Positions 1 through 9,261 of a stretch of 64,000 bases of DNA are shown here, piece after piece. The notes below the pieces were generated by a model, which searched no databases, was not told the origin of the DNA, and worked only from the letters and a program-made list of their open reading frames with translations. Within the stretch, counting starts at the first letter, position 1. Every line of letters starts with the position of its first letter. Made by a program: the position numbers and the translations under genes. The stretch comes from Bacteroidota bacterium (GTDB taxonomy: Bacteria > Bacteroidota > Bacteroidia > JAHEXY01): contig JAHEXY010000015.1 in the NCBI GenBank assembly GCA_023251875.1, positions 2,726 through 66,725 of the forward strand, written 5' to 3'.

Positions 1-1030
1 TTGGGCGTAAATGCAAAAGCACTAATTTTTGAACGTATTTCATTTTTTCATTCAGCGGCAATTTAAACTGATTGAAAATTCCAGGAACCATTTTCGCTCC
101 TTTATCTTCATGTCCGTGAAATGTCCAGCCTTGTATTTCTTCAAATCTTTTGGTTGGAGGTTTGGCAATGTCATGTAAAATAGCAGCCCAACGCAACCAT
201 AGATTAGAGGTATTTACCGAGATATTGTCCAACACCTTTAGAGTATGAAAGAAATTATCTTTATGACCCTTTCCATTGATGATTTCTACCCCATACAGCT
301 TTTGCATTTGCGGAAAAATAATTTCTAACAAACCCGTTTCAAATAATAATTTAAAACCAACAGAAGGTAAGGGTGATAAAATAATTTTGTTGAGCTCATC
401 CGTAATTCTTTCCATTGAAACAATAGATATACGGTTTTTATTTTCACTTATTGCCTGAAGCGATTTTTTTTCAATTTCAAAACCTAATTGTGATGCAAAT
501 CGAATAGCCCGCATCATTCTCAATGGATCATCAGAATAAGTAATGGTTGGATCGAGTGGTGTGCGTAATACTTTCTTATTTAAATCCTCTATTCCCTTAA
601 AGGGATCTAATAAATCTCCAAAAAATTCTCTTTGGAGATTAATAGCCAACGCATTTATTGTAAAATCTCTTCTGTTTTGATCGTCTGCTAAAGTTCCATT
701 TTCAACAATAGGCTTGCGAGAATCTTTACGGTATGATTCTTTTCTTGCTCCCACAAATTCTATTTCCATATCCTCATACTTGAGCATGGCAGTTCCAAAA
801 TTTTTAAAAATGGTTACTTGGCCTTCAATGCCTAATTGTTTTGCCAATGACTTGGCAATCTCAATTCCGTTACCCAATACTACAACATCAATATCTTTGC
901 AAGGCCTATTTAATAAAGCGTCACGAACAAATCCTCCAATGATAAAAGCTTGTACTTGGTGTTTCTCTGCCACATCAGAAATTATTGTAAATAATTTATT
1001 GGTTATATGCTTTTGCAGGTTTTTATGCAT
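1..1030 (-). CDS. cca: tRNA nucleotidyltransferase / CCA-adding enzyme family (nucleotidyltransferase head + HD domain); C-terminus runs off the window
   Basis: Absent from the ORF track because it is open at the window edge. My minus-strand translation from the ATG (complement of 1028-1030) gives MHKNLQKH..IIGGFVRDALL..DIDVVV..RRDFTINA..PLRMMRAIRFASQLGF..ILHDIAKP..GHEDKG. These are class II nucleotidyltransferase and HD motifs. Confidence 0.8.
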   Translation of the reverse strand, partial: MHKNLQKHITNKLFTIISDVAEKHQVQAFIIGGFVRDALLNRPCKDIDVVVLGNGIEIAKSLAKQLGIEGQVTIFKNFGTAMLKYEDMEIEFVGARKESYRKDSRKPIVENGTLADDQNRRDFTINALAINLQREFFGDLLDPFKGIEDLNKKVLRTPLDPTITYSDDPLRMMRAIRFASQLGFEIEKKSLQAISENKNRISIVSMERITDELNKIILSPLPSVGFKLLFETGLLEIIFPQMQKLYGVEIINGKGHKDNFFHTLKVLDNISVNTSNLWLRWAAILHDIAKPPTKRFEEIQGWTFHGHEDKGAKMVPGIFNQFKLPLNEKMKYVQKLVLLHLRP

Positions 1031-1037
1031 TTTTAAT

Positions 1038-1616
1038 TTATGGCCTTACAATTATTAATTTATTTGTATCATCAAATTTTGCAATAGTTGATGGAATTCC
1101 ACTACCGGTAAAAGATGGCAAATTTACTATATAATCTACCCTGTTCAAAATATCTTGAGATATAGAATGAAAAGAAAGGGGAGTAGGCTGCCCACTCAAA
1201 TTAGCAGAAGTTGATACTATTGGTTTTTCAAAAGCTGTAATGAGCTGTTCACAAAATTTATTTTTAATTATTCTTATCGCTACTGAACCATCAGCATGGT
1301 GAACATTTTTAGCCAAACCCTTTACTTGAGGATAAATAACCGTTAATGGTTTTGGAAATGTTTCTAAAATAGTAATGCTATTTTGACTAAGTTCAGGCAC
1401 ATATTTTTTTAACATTGAAATGCTAGAAACCAGTATGATCAAGCTTTTTTCGGATGTGCGTTCTTTAATTTGGTAAATTTTTTCTATAGCATTTTCATTT
1501 GTTGCATCGCAACCAATACCCCAAACGGTTTCTGTAGGATAGAGTATACATCCATTTTGCTTGAGTTGCGTGATGCATTCATTTAAAATAATATCAATTT
1601 CTTTCTCTAATGACAT
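1038..1616 (-). CDS. tsaC: L-threonylcarbamoyladenylate synthase (YrdC/TsaC type)
   Basis: 192 aa with YPTETVWGIGCDA and STSANLSGQPTP motifs typical of the YrdC domain; 7 nt upstream of cca. Confidence 0.9.
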   Translation of the reverse strand: MSLEKEIDIILNECITQLKQNGCILYPTETVWGIGCDATNENAIEKIYQIKERTSEKSLIILVSSISMLKKYVPELSQNSITILETFPKPLTVIYPQVKGLAKNVHHADGSVAIRIIKNKFCEQLITAFEKPIVSTSANLSGQPTPLSFHSISQDILNRVDYIVNLPSFTGSGIPSTIAKFDDTNKLIIVRP

Positions 1617-2150
1617 CGTATAAAATAATTTTATTGAAAAGAAGATAGCTTATTAACATAAGTAAGTAAATTACAAATTTGAATTACAATATTTTTCAAA
1701 TCAATAAAATAGAAGGAAATTTTGATTTGAATAAAAATGCTCAATCCCTTATGATTGTTCATAACTTTCTTTAAAAAATGATTGGAATCATGTATAATAT
1801 TTTATAATATGCAAACCGTTCTATAAAAAATCGCTATAATTTTCTATTACTTAAGAATAGAAATTATAGAGTTAGCTAGGATTCTCTAACCTAGGTCCCC
1901 AACTGCTCTGATTTGCAGTGAACCCTAAGCCTTCTGAATTTATTCAGATAGATTTTATTATTATTTGTTTTCATAGTGCAAATATGGATCAAGTTTAAAA
2001 CTTGACTAATGGTTGTGTATTCAAAATTGGATAAATTTTTGAAATGTTAGGGTTATGTCAAAAAATTAACTCTGCATTGCGTAATCATTGGTTGACTATA
2101 AATGAGCCAATAATCTTAAAACCAAAAAATCACAAAAAACTTTCAATGCA

Positions 2151-3995
2151 ATGAAAAAACTAACTTTTTTATTTGCCTTTACTTTAGTATTAAGTATTGG
2201 CTTTGCCCAACAAGAGATTGCCGTACCAACAAAACGCACATGTGGTACGGTTGATTATTTAGAAATGCAAAAAAAGAATGATCCTGATGTTGTAGACAGA
2301 ATGGAGCGAATTGAAAAATTTACGCAAGATTTTATTGATAAAGGAGGTAATACTGTTTTTAAAACAGCATCTTCAGTTATTACAATTCCTGTAGTAGTGC
2401 ATGTGGTTTATAAATCATCAACACAAAATATCAGTGATGCACAAATTAAGTCTCAAATAACAGTTTTAAATGCCGATTATCGAAAACTAAATTCCGATTT
2501 TTCATCTGTAGTTCCTTCTGCATTTCAAAGTGTAGCCGGAGATGCGGGAATAGAATTTTGTTTGGCAACAGTTGATCCTAATGGAGCTGCGACCACTGGT
2601 ATTGTACGCAAGTCTACAACAAGTACTAGTTTTTCATCTAACGATTATGTTAAGTATTCATCAAAAGGTGGTGATGATGCATGGCCATCCGATAAGTATT
2701 TGAATATTTGGGTTTGTAATTTAGGAAGCGGCTTATTGGGATATTCTCAGTTTCCTGGATCTGGCTCTACAGCAACGGATGGCTGCGTTATTTTGTATAG
2801 TGCATTTGGTACACAAGGTACTGTAAGCTCACCTTATAATTTGGGTCGTACTGTAACGCATGAAGTAGGACACTGGTTAAATTTATATCATATTTGGGGG
2901 GATGATGGTAGTAGCTGTTCGGGCACTGATAATGTATCAGATACGCCTAATCAATCAAGTGAGCATTATGGCAATCCAACTTATCCTGATTATGATAATT
3001 GTACTTCGTCTGGTAATGGAACCATGTATATGAATTATATGGATTATACTGACGATAAAAGTATGGCTATGTTTTCTGCCGGACAAGCATCAAGAATGCA
3101 AGCTTTGTTTGCATCTGGAGGATATAGAGCTAGTTTACTAACTTCTAGTGGTTGTGGCTCTGCAACCAGTTCAACTGGTTCTACGGGATCTACAGGTAGT
3201 ACGGGTTCTACAGGGGCTACTGGCTCTACAGGAACAACGGGTTCTACTGGTGCTACAGGATCTTCAACTGGTTCTTATTGTACAGGAGCTGCAGCAAGTA
3301 CCGCATATGAATATATTAGCAGTATAACCTTTGGCTCATTAACCAATACTTCGGGAAATAATAATGGTTATGGAGATTATACTTCAAAAACAATTAGTGT
3401 TGCTCCAGGAAAATCATATACAGTTAAATTGCAACCAGGTTTTGCCAGTAAATCTTACACTGAGTATTGGACACTATGGATTGATTACAATAAGGATGGA
3501 GACTTTGAAGATTCAGGCGAAAAAATTGGTTATGGATCAGGTAAATCTTCAATTACTGGAACATTATCTATTTCCTCATCTGCTGCTACCGGTACTACTC
3601 TTATGAGAATTGCAATGAAGTATGGTGCATACGCAACATCTTCGTGTGAATCATTTGCTGAAGGTGAAGTAGAAGATTACACAGTTAATATAAGCTCCAC
3701 TAATGCCAAGGGTTCTAGATTAGAAGACGGAACTACTATGGAACTTAGTTTATTCCCTAATCCGGCTAAATCAGATGTATCTGTAGTAATTAATAATTAT
3801 TCTAGTGAACAACAAAAAACAGTTCTTAGAATGGTTGATACACAGGGTAGGATGGTGTATACCAAAGAATGGGAAAGTACGGAAGGAGAAACCATACAAA
3901 CCATTGATGTTGCTGAAATGGCTGAAGGTATTTATTTCTTATCGGTACAAACAGGAGAAGAAATTAAATTCCAAAAATTGATGGTATCGCATTAA
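2151..3995 (+). CDS. secreted M43 (cytophagalysin/pappalysin-like) zinc metalloprotease with GEVED-type domain and T9SS type A C-terminal sorting domain
   Basis: Signal peptide ending FAQ; HEVGHWLNLYHIWGD zinc site; (S/A/T)TG x12 linker; GEVEDYTV motif; C-terminal LSLFPNPA..GIYFLSV..KLMVSH sorting domain. Confidence 0.85.
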   Translation: MKKLTFLFAFTLVLSIGFAQQEIAVPTKRTCGTVDYLEMQKKNDPDVVDRMERIEKFTQDFIDKGGNTVFKTASSVITIPVVVHVVYKSSTQNISDAQIKSQITVLNADYRKLNSDFSSVVPSAFQSVAGDAGIEFCLATVDPNGAATTGIVRKSTTSTSFSSNDYVKYSSKGGDDAWPSDKYLNIWVCNLGSGLLGYSQFPGSGSTATDGCVILYSAFGTQGTVSSPYNLGRTVTHEVGHWLNLYHIWGDDGSSCSGTDNVSDTPNQSSEHYGNPTYPDYDNCTSSGNGTMYMNYMDYTDDKSMAMFSAGQASRMQALFASGGYRASLLTSSGCGSATSSTGSTGSTGSTGSTGATGSTGTTGSTGATGSSTGSYCTGAAASTAYEYISSITFGSLTNTSGNNNGYGDYTSKTISVAPGKSYTVKLQPGFASKSYTEYWTLWIDYNKDGDFEDSGEKIGYGSGKSSITGTLSISSSAATGTTLMRIAMKYGAYATSSCESFAEGEVEDYTVNISSTNAKGSRLEDGTTMELSLFPNPAKSDVSVVINNYSSEQQKTVLRMVDTQGRMVYTKEWESTEGETIQTIDVAEMAEGIYFLSVQTGEEIKFQKLMVSH

Positions 3996-4019
3996 TATTT
4001 TAAAAGTTTGTTAATAAAA

Positions 4020-4055
4020 AGGTCGGTTCTTTAAAAGGAGCCGACCTTTTGTTTT
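4020..4055 (+). terminator. rho-independent terminator after the M43 protease gene
   Basis: aggtcggttc / gagccgacct stem (one G-T pair) followed by ttttgtttt. Confidence 0.7.
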
Positions 4056-4087
4056 GCCCTAATTTTTTTTTTTTTTACATTTATTAA

Positions 4088-4297
4088 ATGTCGACAAGAG
4101 AAATCATACAAGAAATTAAAAGTTTGCCCTTTGATCAAAGGCTCACTGTAATTGAAAAGGCAATAAAAACGCTTTATGAATCTAAAGAAGTTCAACTTGA
4201 AAAAGCTGCTAAGGCTCTTCTGCGGGACTATAAAACAGATAAAAATCTTACAGTATTTACATCTTTAGATATTGAAAAATTTTATGAAGCGCGCTGA
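4088..4297 (+). CDS. putative antitoxin, small helical addiction-module-component-like protein
   Basis: 69 aa; the N-terminal pattern EIIQEIKSLPFDQRLTVIEKAIKTL resembles the small addiction-module-component family; overlaps the MazF start by 14 nt. Confidence 0.55.
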   Translation: MSTREIIQEIKSLPFDQRLTVIEKAIKTLYESKEVQLEKAAKALLRDYKTDKNLTVFTSLDIEKFYEAR

Positions 4298-4625
4298 AAT
4301 TTGGCTTATTAATCTTGATCCTACTCTTGGTGCTGAGATAAAAAAAACTCGATCTGCAGTAATTGTAAATGCTGATCAATTAGGTAAATTACCCCTTAGT
4401 GTAATAGTTCCAATTACAGATTGGAAACCCCATTATTCTGTAGCACCTTGGATGGTAAAGCTCGTTCCAACTTCACAAAACGGTCTTTCAAAAATTTCTT
4501 CTGCAGATTGTTTTCAGGTTCGTTCTGTTTCACAAATAAGATTTGTTAAAAAGCTTGGACATTTACGAGCAGATCAAATGGATTCTATTGCGGAAGGGCT
4601 TGCCGTAATATTGCAAATCAAGTAG
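4284..4625 (+). CDS. mazF: MazF/PemK-family endoribonuclease toxin
   Basis: MKRAEIWLINLDPTLGAEIKKTRSAVIV..VIVPIT is the PemK/MazF signature. I prefer the ATG at 4284 over the TTG at 4272 in the track. Confidence 0.85.
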   Translation: MKRAEIWLINLDPTLGAEIKKTRSAVIVNADQLGKLPLSVIVPITDWKPHYSVAPWMVKLVPTSQNGLSKISSADCFQVRSVSQIRFVKKLGHLRADQMDSIAEGLAVILQIK

Positions 4626-7198
4626 TGAAGAGGTTATATAGCGATATAACCATATTGTTTTTTTTATTTGTATTAATAGGCTCAGTATGTGCCCAATCAA
4701 AAAATGATATTATTGATCCTGATAATATTAACATTAAATTCCTTGATTTTCTAGTTAAACAACAAATAGATAGTGTAAGAAAAGCGCACAATCTACAACT
4801 TTTATATAATGATTCTATATTGTTCTTAGCTGCGCAGCAGCACGGACAATATCTTTATAAAAACAATAAATTTACCCATTATGAGACGGGAAATTTGGAA
4901 AAATATACTCCTCAAAATCGTGCAGAATATTTTGGAGCTGTTAATTATGGCGTAGGGGAAAACATTATTAAAATATATATCCATTCACCAACAATATATA
5001 AACATGAATCTCATAACAATTCTGTTCCTCACATTGTAGATACATACAATGAAGCAGCTCGAGATATGATGATAGGCTGGGTAAATTCTCCAGGACATTT
5101 TGCCAATATAATTACACCGGATTATAAAATTACAGGCGTATCAATAGTCTTTGACAAAGCAAATAATATTTTATTGGGCGTTCAAACATTTGCGCTTGTT
5201 ACCGCTGAATACCAATTTAAAAATTATCCTGAATATTTTCCTTACGAAAATGCACACATTGAAGAGAAAATAAATAAAGAAGCTATAGTAATACCTAAAC
5301 ATAAAAGACATGCTTGGAATATAAAAGCCGCAAATAGTAAACCGTATTGTTTGCAATGCAATGCGATGGCAATAAATAGAAAGAATCTAAAATTATATAC
5401 TTCAGCTGATTCTCTTTATTTATGTTTAGAAGACCTATCTATGTTAAATCGGTTTTTAGAATTTAGGAAAGATGGTATATTGGCTGAATTTGTTTCTTTT
5501 TCGAGTTCCTTTTCATGTGATTTAAGTCTTGGCAATATTATCCCAAATAGAAGAAATGGTAGATGTATATTTAATGGAAAAATTTCAAAACCAAAATATA
5601 AACGAGAGTTACTCAAAGAGGTTAATAATGCAATTAAAAAAAAAACAATTCAAAATACCGATTGCTATCTAATTAATTTGTGCAAACTTCCTGATAATTA
5701 TTATGCTGAGAATAATGAAATAAATTTATTGTTTCTAAAAAAAAATAGAATCTGTAAAATTGTTGAAACCGATCAAATTTGTGGAGAATTATTTGAAATA
5801 AAACCAGACAGTATTCCCTATATTTTTGATTTTCCATCTCCTTTGGTTTATAAGCCATCAGGGCAAACTAAAATAGTTCGTTTTCAAACTTACTTTGATA
5901 AGAATAGTTACGAATACGACAAAGATTTATTTAAAAAAGTGTTGGATACTTTAATTTCCAATAAATATATTGTCATTAACGCAAATGTCAATGCATTTGC
6001 AAGTGTTGAGGGTTCAGCAGAGGCTAATAAAAAATTATATGCAAAGCGCGCAAATGCAATCTTAAATTATTTTGAATCTTATCAAGATTCTATGATTCCA
6101 TTAAAACTTACTACTGCTGAAAACTGGTCTATATTTTTCAAACAAATTCAATCAACTTCATACGCTTATCTTGCAAATAAAGACACTAACGAAATAAGAA
6201 ATTTTGTTAATGTTACGCAAAATGCCGATTTATTAGAACCTATACTTTCAAAAGAAAGATATGCAAATATCATTTTATATGTACGGCCTAGGATGAAGGA
6301 TTCATTGCAGCTAGCCATAATGGAATATAATGATATTCTAAAAACCGCTATGAAGAATCAATATAATTTAGATGCAAATCAATTAAAAAAACTAGAAACC
6401 ATTCAGTTTTTTATTTTTAATCAAGTTTCTTCCGGAAAATACAATGAGAAAGATATAAAACCCATTCTAAATCATATTTACCCTCCTGACAAAAAAATGG
6501 ATAATCTGTTTTACAATGAATTAATATTTTCTTCGTTGTTTCTTGGTACAAAATATGAGCCAGAATATATGCTTAAGCAGTTATTGGTGTTTAAACAGCA
6601 AATGAAAGGTAATGTAACGCTTGAATATAACTATGACGCTTTGGTAATCAATAATTATTTAAGTCCAATATTTCAGAAAGTTTTTAATTTAGAACTTGTT
6701 GATGATCTTATAAGAAAAATGACGGCTTGGGGTATAGAAAAGGATAAAGTAGAAAGATTAAAATTATTCTTAAATATTGAGAAGGCAAATTCTCAATACA
6801 ATAGATCTTCTGGACTTGCAGTAAAAAAAACAGATCCTTTATTGCTATATATTAAAAATTATTATGATAGTCATGATACAACAGACAATACTAAATTAAA
6901 GTTAGCCAAATATTTTATAGCGTTTAATCACTTTGATTGGGCAAAGGAATTGCTTGAACCATTGGCTTTGCGCGATGATTTTATAGATGAGGCATTAATT
7001 TTGTATACAAAGTTGAAGATTAGTTGCTATAACGATCAAAAAGACTCGTATCAGTTTCTTATGGATATTGCAGAAAAATTACCAGAAAATATGTGGTGTA
7101 GTATGTTTATTGGAGATTGTAATATAAATTCTCAAATATTAGATTATGAACCATTGAAGTTATTATACTGTCAAAAATGTAGGGAGGGAATAAAATGA
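4625..7198 (+). CDS. secreted CAP/SCP (PR-1-like) domain protein with long C-terminal helical region
   Basis: GTG start followed directly by a signal peptide (KRLYSDITILFFLFVLIGSVCAQ). CAP-like motifs GENI and GWVNSPGHFANIITPDYKITGVS. The remaining ~650 aa are unassigned. Confidence 0.6.
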   Translation: MKRLYSDITILFFLFVLIGSVCAQSKNDIIDPDNINIKFLDFLVKQQIDSVRKAHNLQLLYNDSILFLAAQQHGQYLYKNNKFTHYETGNLEKYTPQNRAEYFGAVNYGVGENIIKIYIHSPTIYKHESHNNSVPHIVDTYNEAARDMMIGWVNSPGHFANIITPDYKITGVSIVFDKANNILLGVQTFALVTAEYQFKNYPEYFPYENAHIEEKINKEAIVIPKHKRHAWNIKAANSKPYCLQCNAMAINRKNLKLYTSADSLYLCLEDLSMLNRFLEFRKDGILAEFVSFSSSFSCDLSLGNIIPNRRNGRCIFNGKISKPKYKRELLKEVNNAIKKKTIQNTDCYLINLCKLPDNYYAENNEINLLFLKKNRICKIVETDQICGELFEIKPDSIPYIFDFPSPLVYKPSGQTKIVRFQTYFDKNSYEYDKDLFKKVLDTLISNKYIVINANVNAFASVEGSAEANKKLYAKRANAILNYFESYQDSMIPLKLTTAENWSIFFKQIQSTSYAYLANKDTNEIRNFVNVTQNADLLEPILSKERYANIILYVRPRMKDSLQLAIMEYNDILKTAMKNQYNLDANQLKKLETIQFFIFNQVSSGKYNEKDIKPILNHIYPPDKKMDNLFYNELIFSSLFLGTKYEPEYMLKQLLVFKQQMKGNVTLEYNYDALVINNYLSPIFQKVFNLELVDDLIRKMTAWGIEKDKVERLKLFLNIEKANSQYNRSSGLAVKKTDPLLLYIKNYYDSHDTTDNTKLKLAKYFIAFNHFDWAKELLEPLALRDDFIDEALILYTKLKISCYNDQKDSYQFLMDIAEKLPENMWCSMFIGDCNINSQILDYEPLKLLYCQKCREGIK

Positions 7199-9171
7199 AA
7201 AACCGAATTTCAATAGTTTTATGCATTCTTATTTGTATAGCCGGTAAAGGCTATTCACAATACAAATTCACTACCAAATCAAACAAGGCAATTAAATACA
7301 TTCAAAATGCTATGAGCGCCTTTGATGTGCATAACAATGAAGGCGCAAAACAAGAATTGTTAAAATCTTTAGATGCTGATCCAAATTTTATGGAAGCACA
7401 CATGCTTTTGGGAGATGTGTATGATGATATGAAAGCGTATCAACTTTCTGCCGAAGAATATAAAAAAGCTGTAGCCATTAACCCTGATTTTTTTCCTAAT
7501 AATTTTTTTACACTTGGTAAGGTTGAGCTTTTGTATGGCAATTATATTGATGCAAAAATGCATTTCGAAAAATTTCTTACTTATAAAGGCATTGAAGAGG
7601 TAAGCAAAAAAACAGCACAAAAGGCCATTAAGAATTGTGATTTTGCAATTTGGGCAATGAACAATCCTGTTCCTTTTGCCCCTATTAATTTAGATACAGC
7701 CATTAATACCATTGATGATGAATATTTGCCAGCTATTACTGCCGATGATCAAACATTAATTATTACCAGGCGACAACCAAGAAAGGAAGCCTTATCTAAT
7801 TCATTTTCTCAACTGCAAGAAGATTTTTATTACAGCATAAAAAAAGAGGGTAAATGGACTACTGCTGTAAATATGGGACAGCCAATTAATACACAAGCTA
7901 ACGAAGGTGCGCAATGCATTTCTCCTGATGGGCAGTATATTTTCTTTACTGCTTGCGAAAGATCTGATGGTATTGGAAGTTGTGATATTTATATGTCGAA
8001 AAAAGTGGGCAATAATAAATGGAGCACTCCTGTAAATATGGGAGAAAATATTAATTCGATGAAGTGGGAATCTCAGCCTTCTATTTCTCCTGATGGAAAA
8101 ATATTGTACTACGTGAGCAATCGCCCGGGCGGGAAAGGAAAATTAGACATTTGGAAAACCAATTTAGGGGAGAAAGGAACCTGGGGTAAGCCTATAAATT
8201 TAGGAGATACCATTAATACGTCTGATGATGAAATGTCGCCATTTATACATGCGGATAATCATTCTTTTTATTTTTGCTCAAAAGGGCATGTAGGTATGGG
8301 TGGTTTTGATATTTTTATTTCTCGGATAGATGAAAATGGAAATTGGGGAGAACCTAAAAATTTAGGATATCCCATTAATACATTGGCAGATGAAACCAGT
8401 TTAATTGTAAATTCAACAGGAGAAACAGCCTTTTTTGCTTCAGATAAATTAAAGGGAAAAGGTAAGGTTGATATTTATAGTTTTGATTTATACAAAGAAG
8501 CGCAACCTTTAAGAGTTACTTATGTAAAAGGAAAAGTTACCAATTCAAAAAATGGTTCTGCTTTAGAAGCTAAATTCGAATTGATTGATTTGGCTACTTC
8601 TAAAATCATTATGCAGTCGAGTTCAAATAATGCAAATGGAGAATTTTTAGTTTGTTTACCGGCAGATAAGGATTATGCATTAAATGTTTCTAAAGATGGA
8701 TACTTATTTCATTCCGAAAATTTTTCTTTAAAAGAAGTTAGCTCTATTACAAAACCATTTGAAATGAATATAAAAATGCAGCCTATTGAAGTGGGAGAAG
8801 CAGTAGTGCTTAAAAATATTTTTTTTGAAACAGCTTCGTATGATTTAAAAGATGAATCAAGAGTAGAGTTGAATAAATTAGTCCAATTTTTAAATCACAA
8901 TACAAGCATAAAAATTGAAATTGGAGGGCATACTGATAATGTTGGCGACAAACAATCTAATTTAAACTTATCGCAAAGTCGTGCGCAATCAGTATATAAT
9001 TATTTGGTTGAACATGGTATTGACAAAACAAAACTTACTTATAAAGGTTATGGGGATAATAAACCAATTGCTGTAAATGATACGGATATCAATAGAGCTT
9101 TCAATAGAAGAACAGAGTTTACTATTGTGGAAGTAACCCCTCCCGGCCTCCCCAAAGGGGAGGGGAAGTAA
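7195..9171 (+). CDS. OmpA-family peptidoglycan-associated protein (TPR + TolB-like PD40 repeats + carboxypeptidase-regulatory-like + OmpA_C)
   Basis: ATGA overlap with the upstream gene; repeated W..P.NLG..INT..DE..P patterns (PD40); C-terminal IFFETASYDL..GHTDNVGD..NL.LSQSRAQSV..Y..NRRTEF OmpA motif. Confidence 0.85.
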   Translation: MKNRISIVLCILICIAGKGYSQYKFTTKSNKAIKYIQNAMSAFDVHNNEGAKQELLKSLDADPNFMEAHMLLGDVYDDMKAYQLSAEEYKKAVAINPDFFPNNFFTLGKVELLYGNYIDAKMHFEKFLTYKGIEEVSKKTAQKAIKNCDFAIWAMNNPVPFAPINLDTAINTIDDEYLPAITADDQTLIITRRQPRKEALSNSFSQLQEDFYYSIKKEGKWTTAVNMGQPINTQANEGAQCISPDGQYIFFTACERSDGIGSCDIYMSKKVGNNKWSTPVNMGENINSMKWESQPSISPDGKILYYVSNRPGGKGKLDIWKTNLGEKGTWGKPINLGDTINTSDDEMSPFIHADNHSFYFCSKGHVGMGGFDIFISRIDENGNWGEPKNLGYPINTLADETSLIVNSTGETAFFASDKLKGKGKVDIYSFDLYKEAQPLRVTYVKGKVTNSKNGSALEAKFELIDLATSKIIMQSSSNNANGEFLVCLPADKDYALNVSKDGYLFHSENFSLKEVSSITKPFEMNIKMQPIEVGEAVVLKNIFFETASYDLKDESRVELNKLVQFLNHNTSIKIEIGGHTDNVGDKQSNLNLSQSRAQSVYNYLVEHGIDKTKLTYKGYGDNKPIAVNDTDINRAFNRRTEFTIVEVTPPGLPKGEGK

Positions 9172-9258
9172 ACTCAATTTGTAGTAAAAAACAAGATTTT
9201 TTAACGCAAACTTTCTATGAAAAGTTCTCCCTTCTCTTAGGGAAGGGTTGGGAATGGG
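9137..9258. repeat. two GC-rich hairpin elements (members of a dispersed intergenic family)
   Basis: cctcccc-aaa-ggggagg (9147-9163) and cccttc-n7-gaaggg (9229-9247) followed by ttgggaatggg. They lie between convergent genes. The first overlaps the last 11 codons of the OmpA-family ORF. Confidence 0.7.
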
Positions 9259-9261
9259 CTT

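Noticed and set aside
714-1058. 114-aa + strand ORF
   Set aside because: It lies entirely antisense to the well-supported CCA-adding enzyme gene (minus strand, 1-1030) and has no recognisable motifs.
3364-3606. 80-aa alternative-frame ORF inside the M43 protease gene
   Set aside because: It sits within a strongly supported CDS in another frame and has low-complexity composition.
5171-5858. Three 61-66-aa minus-strand ORFs
   Set aside because: They are antisense to the continuous 857-aa CAP-domain ORF. AT-rich antisense frames commonly stay open by chance.
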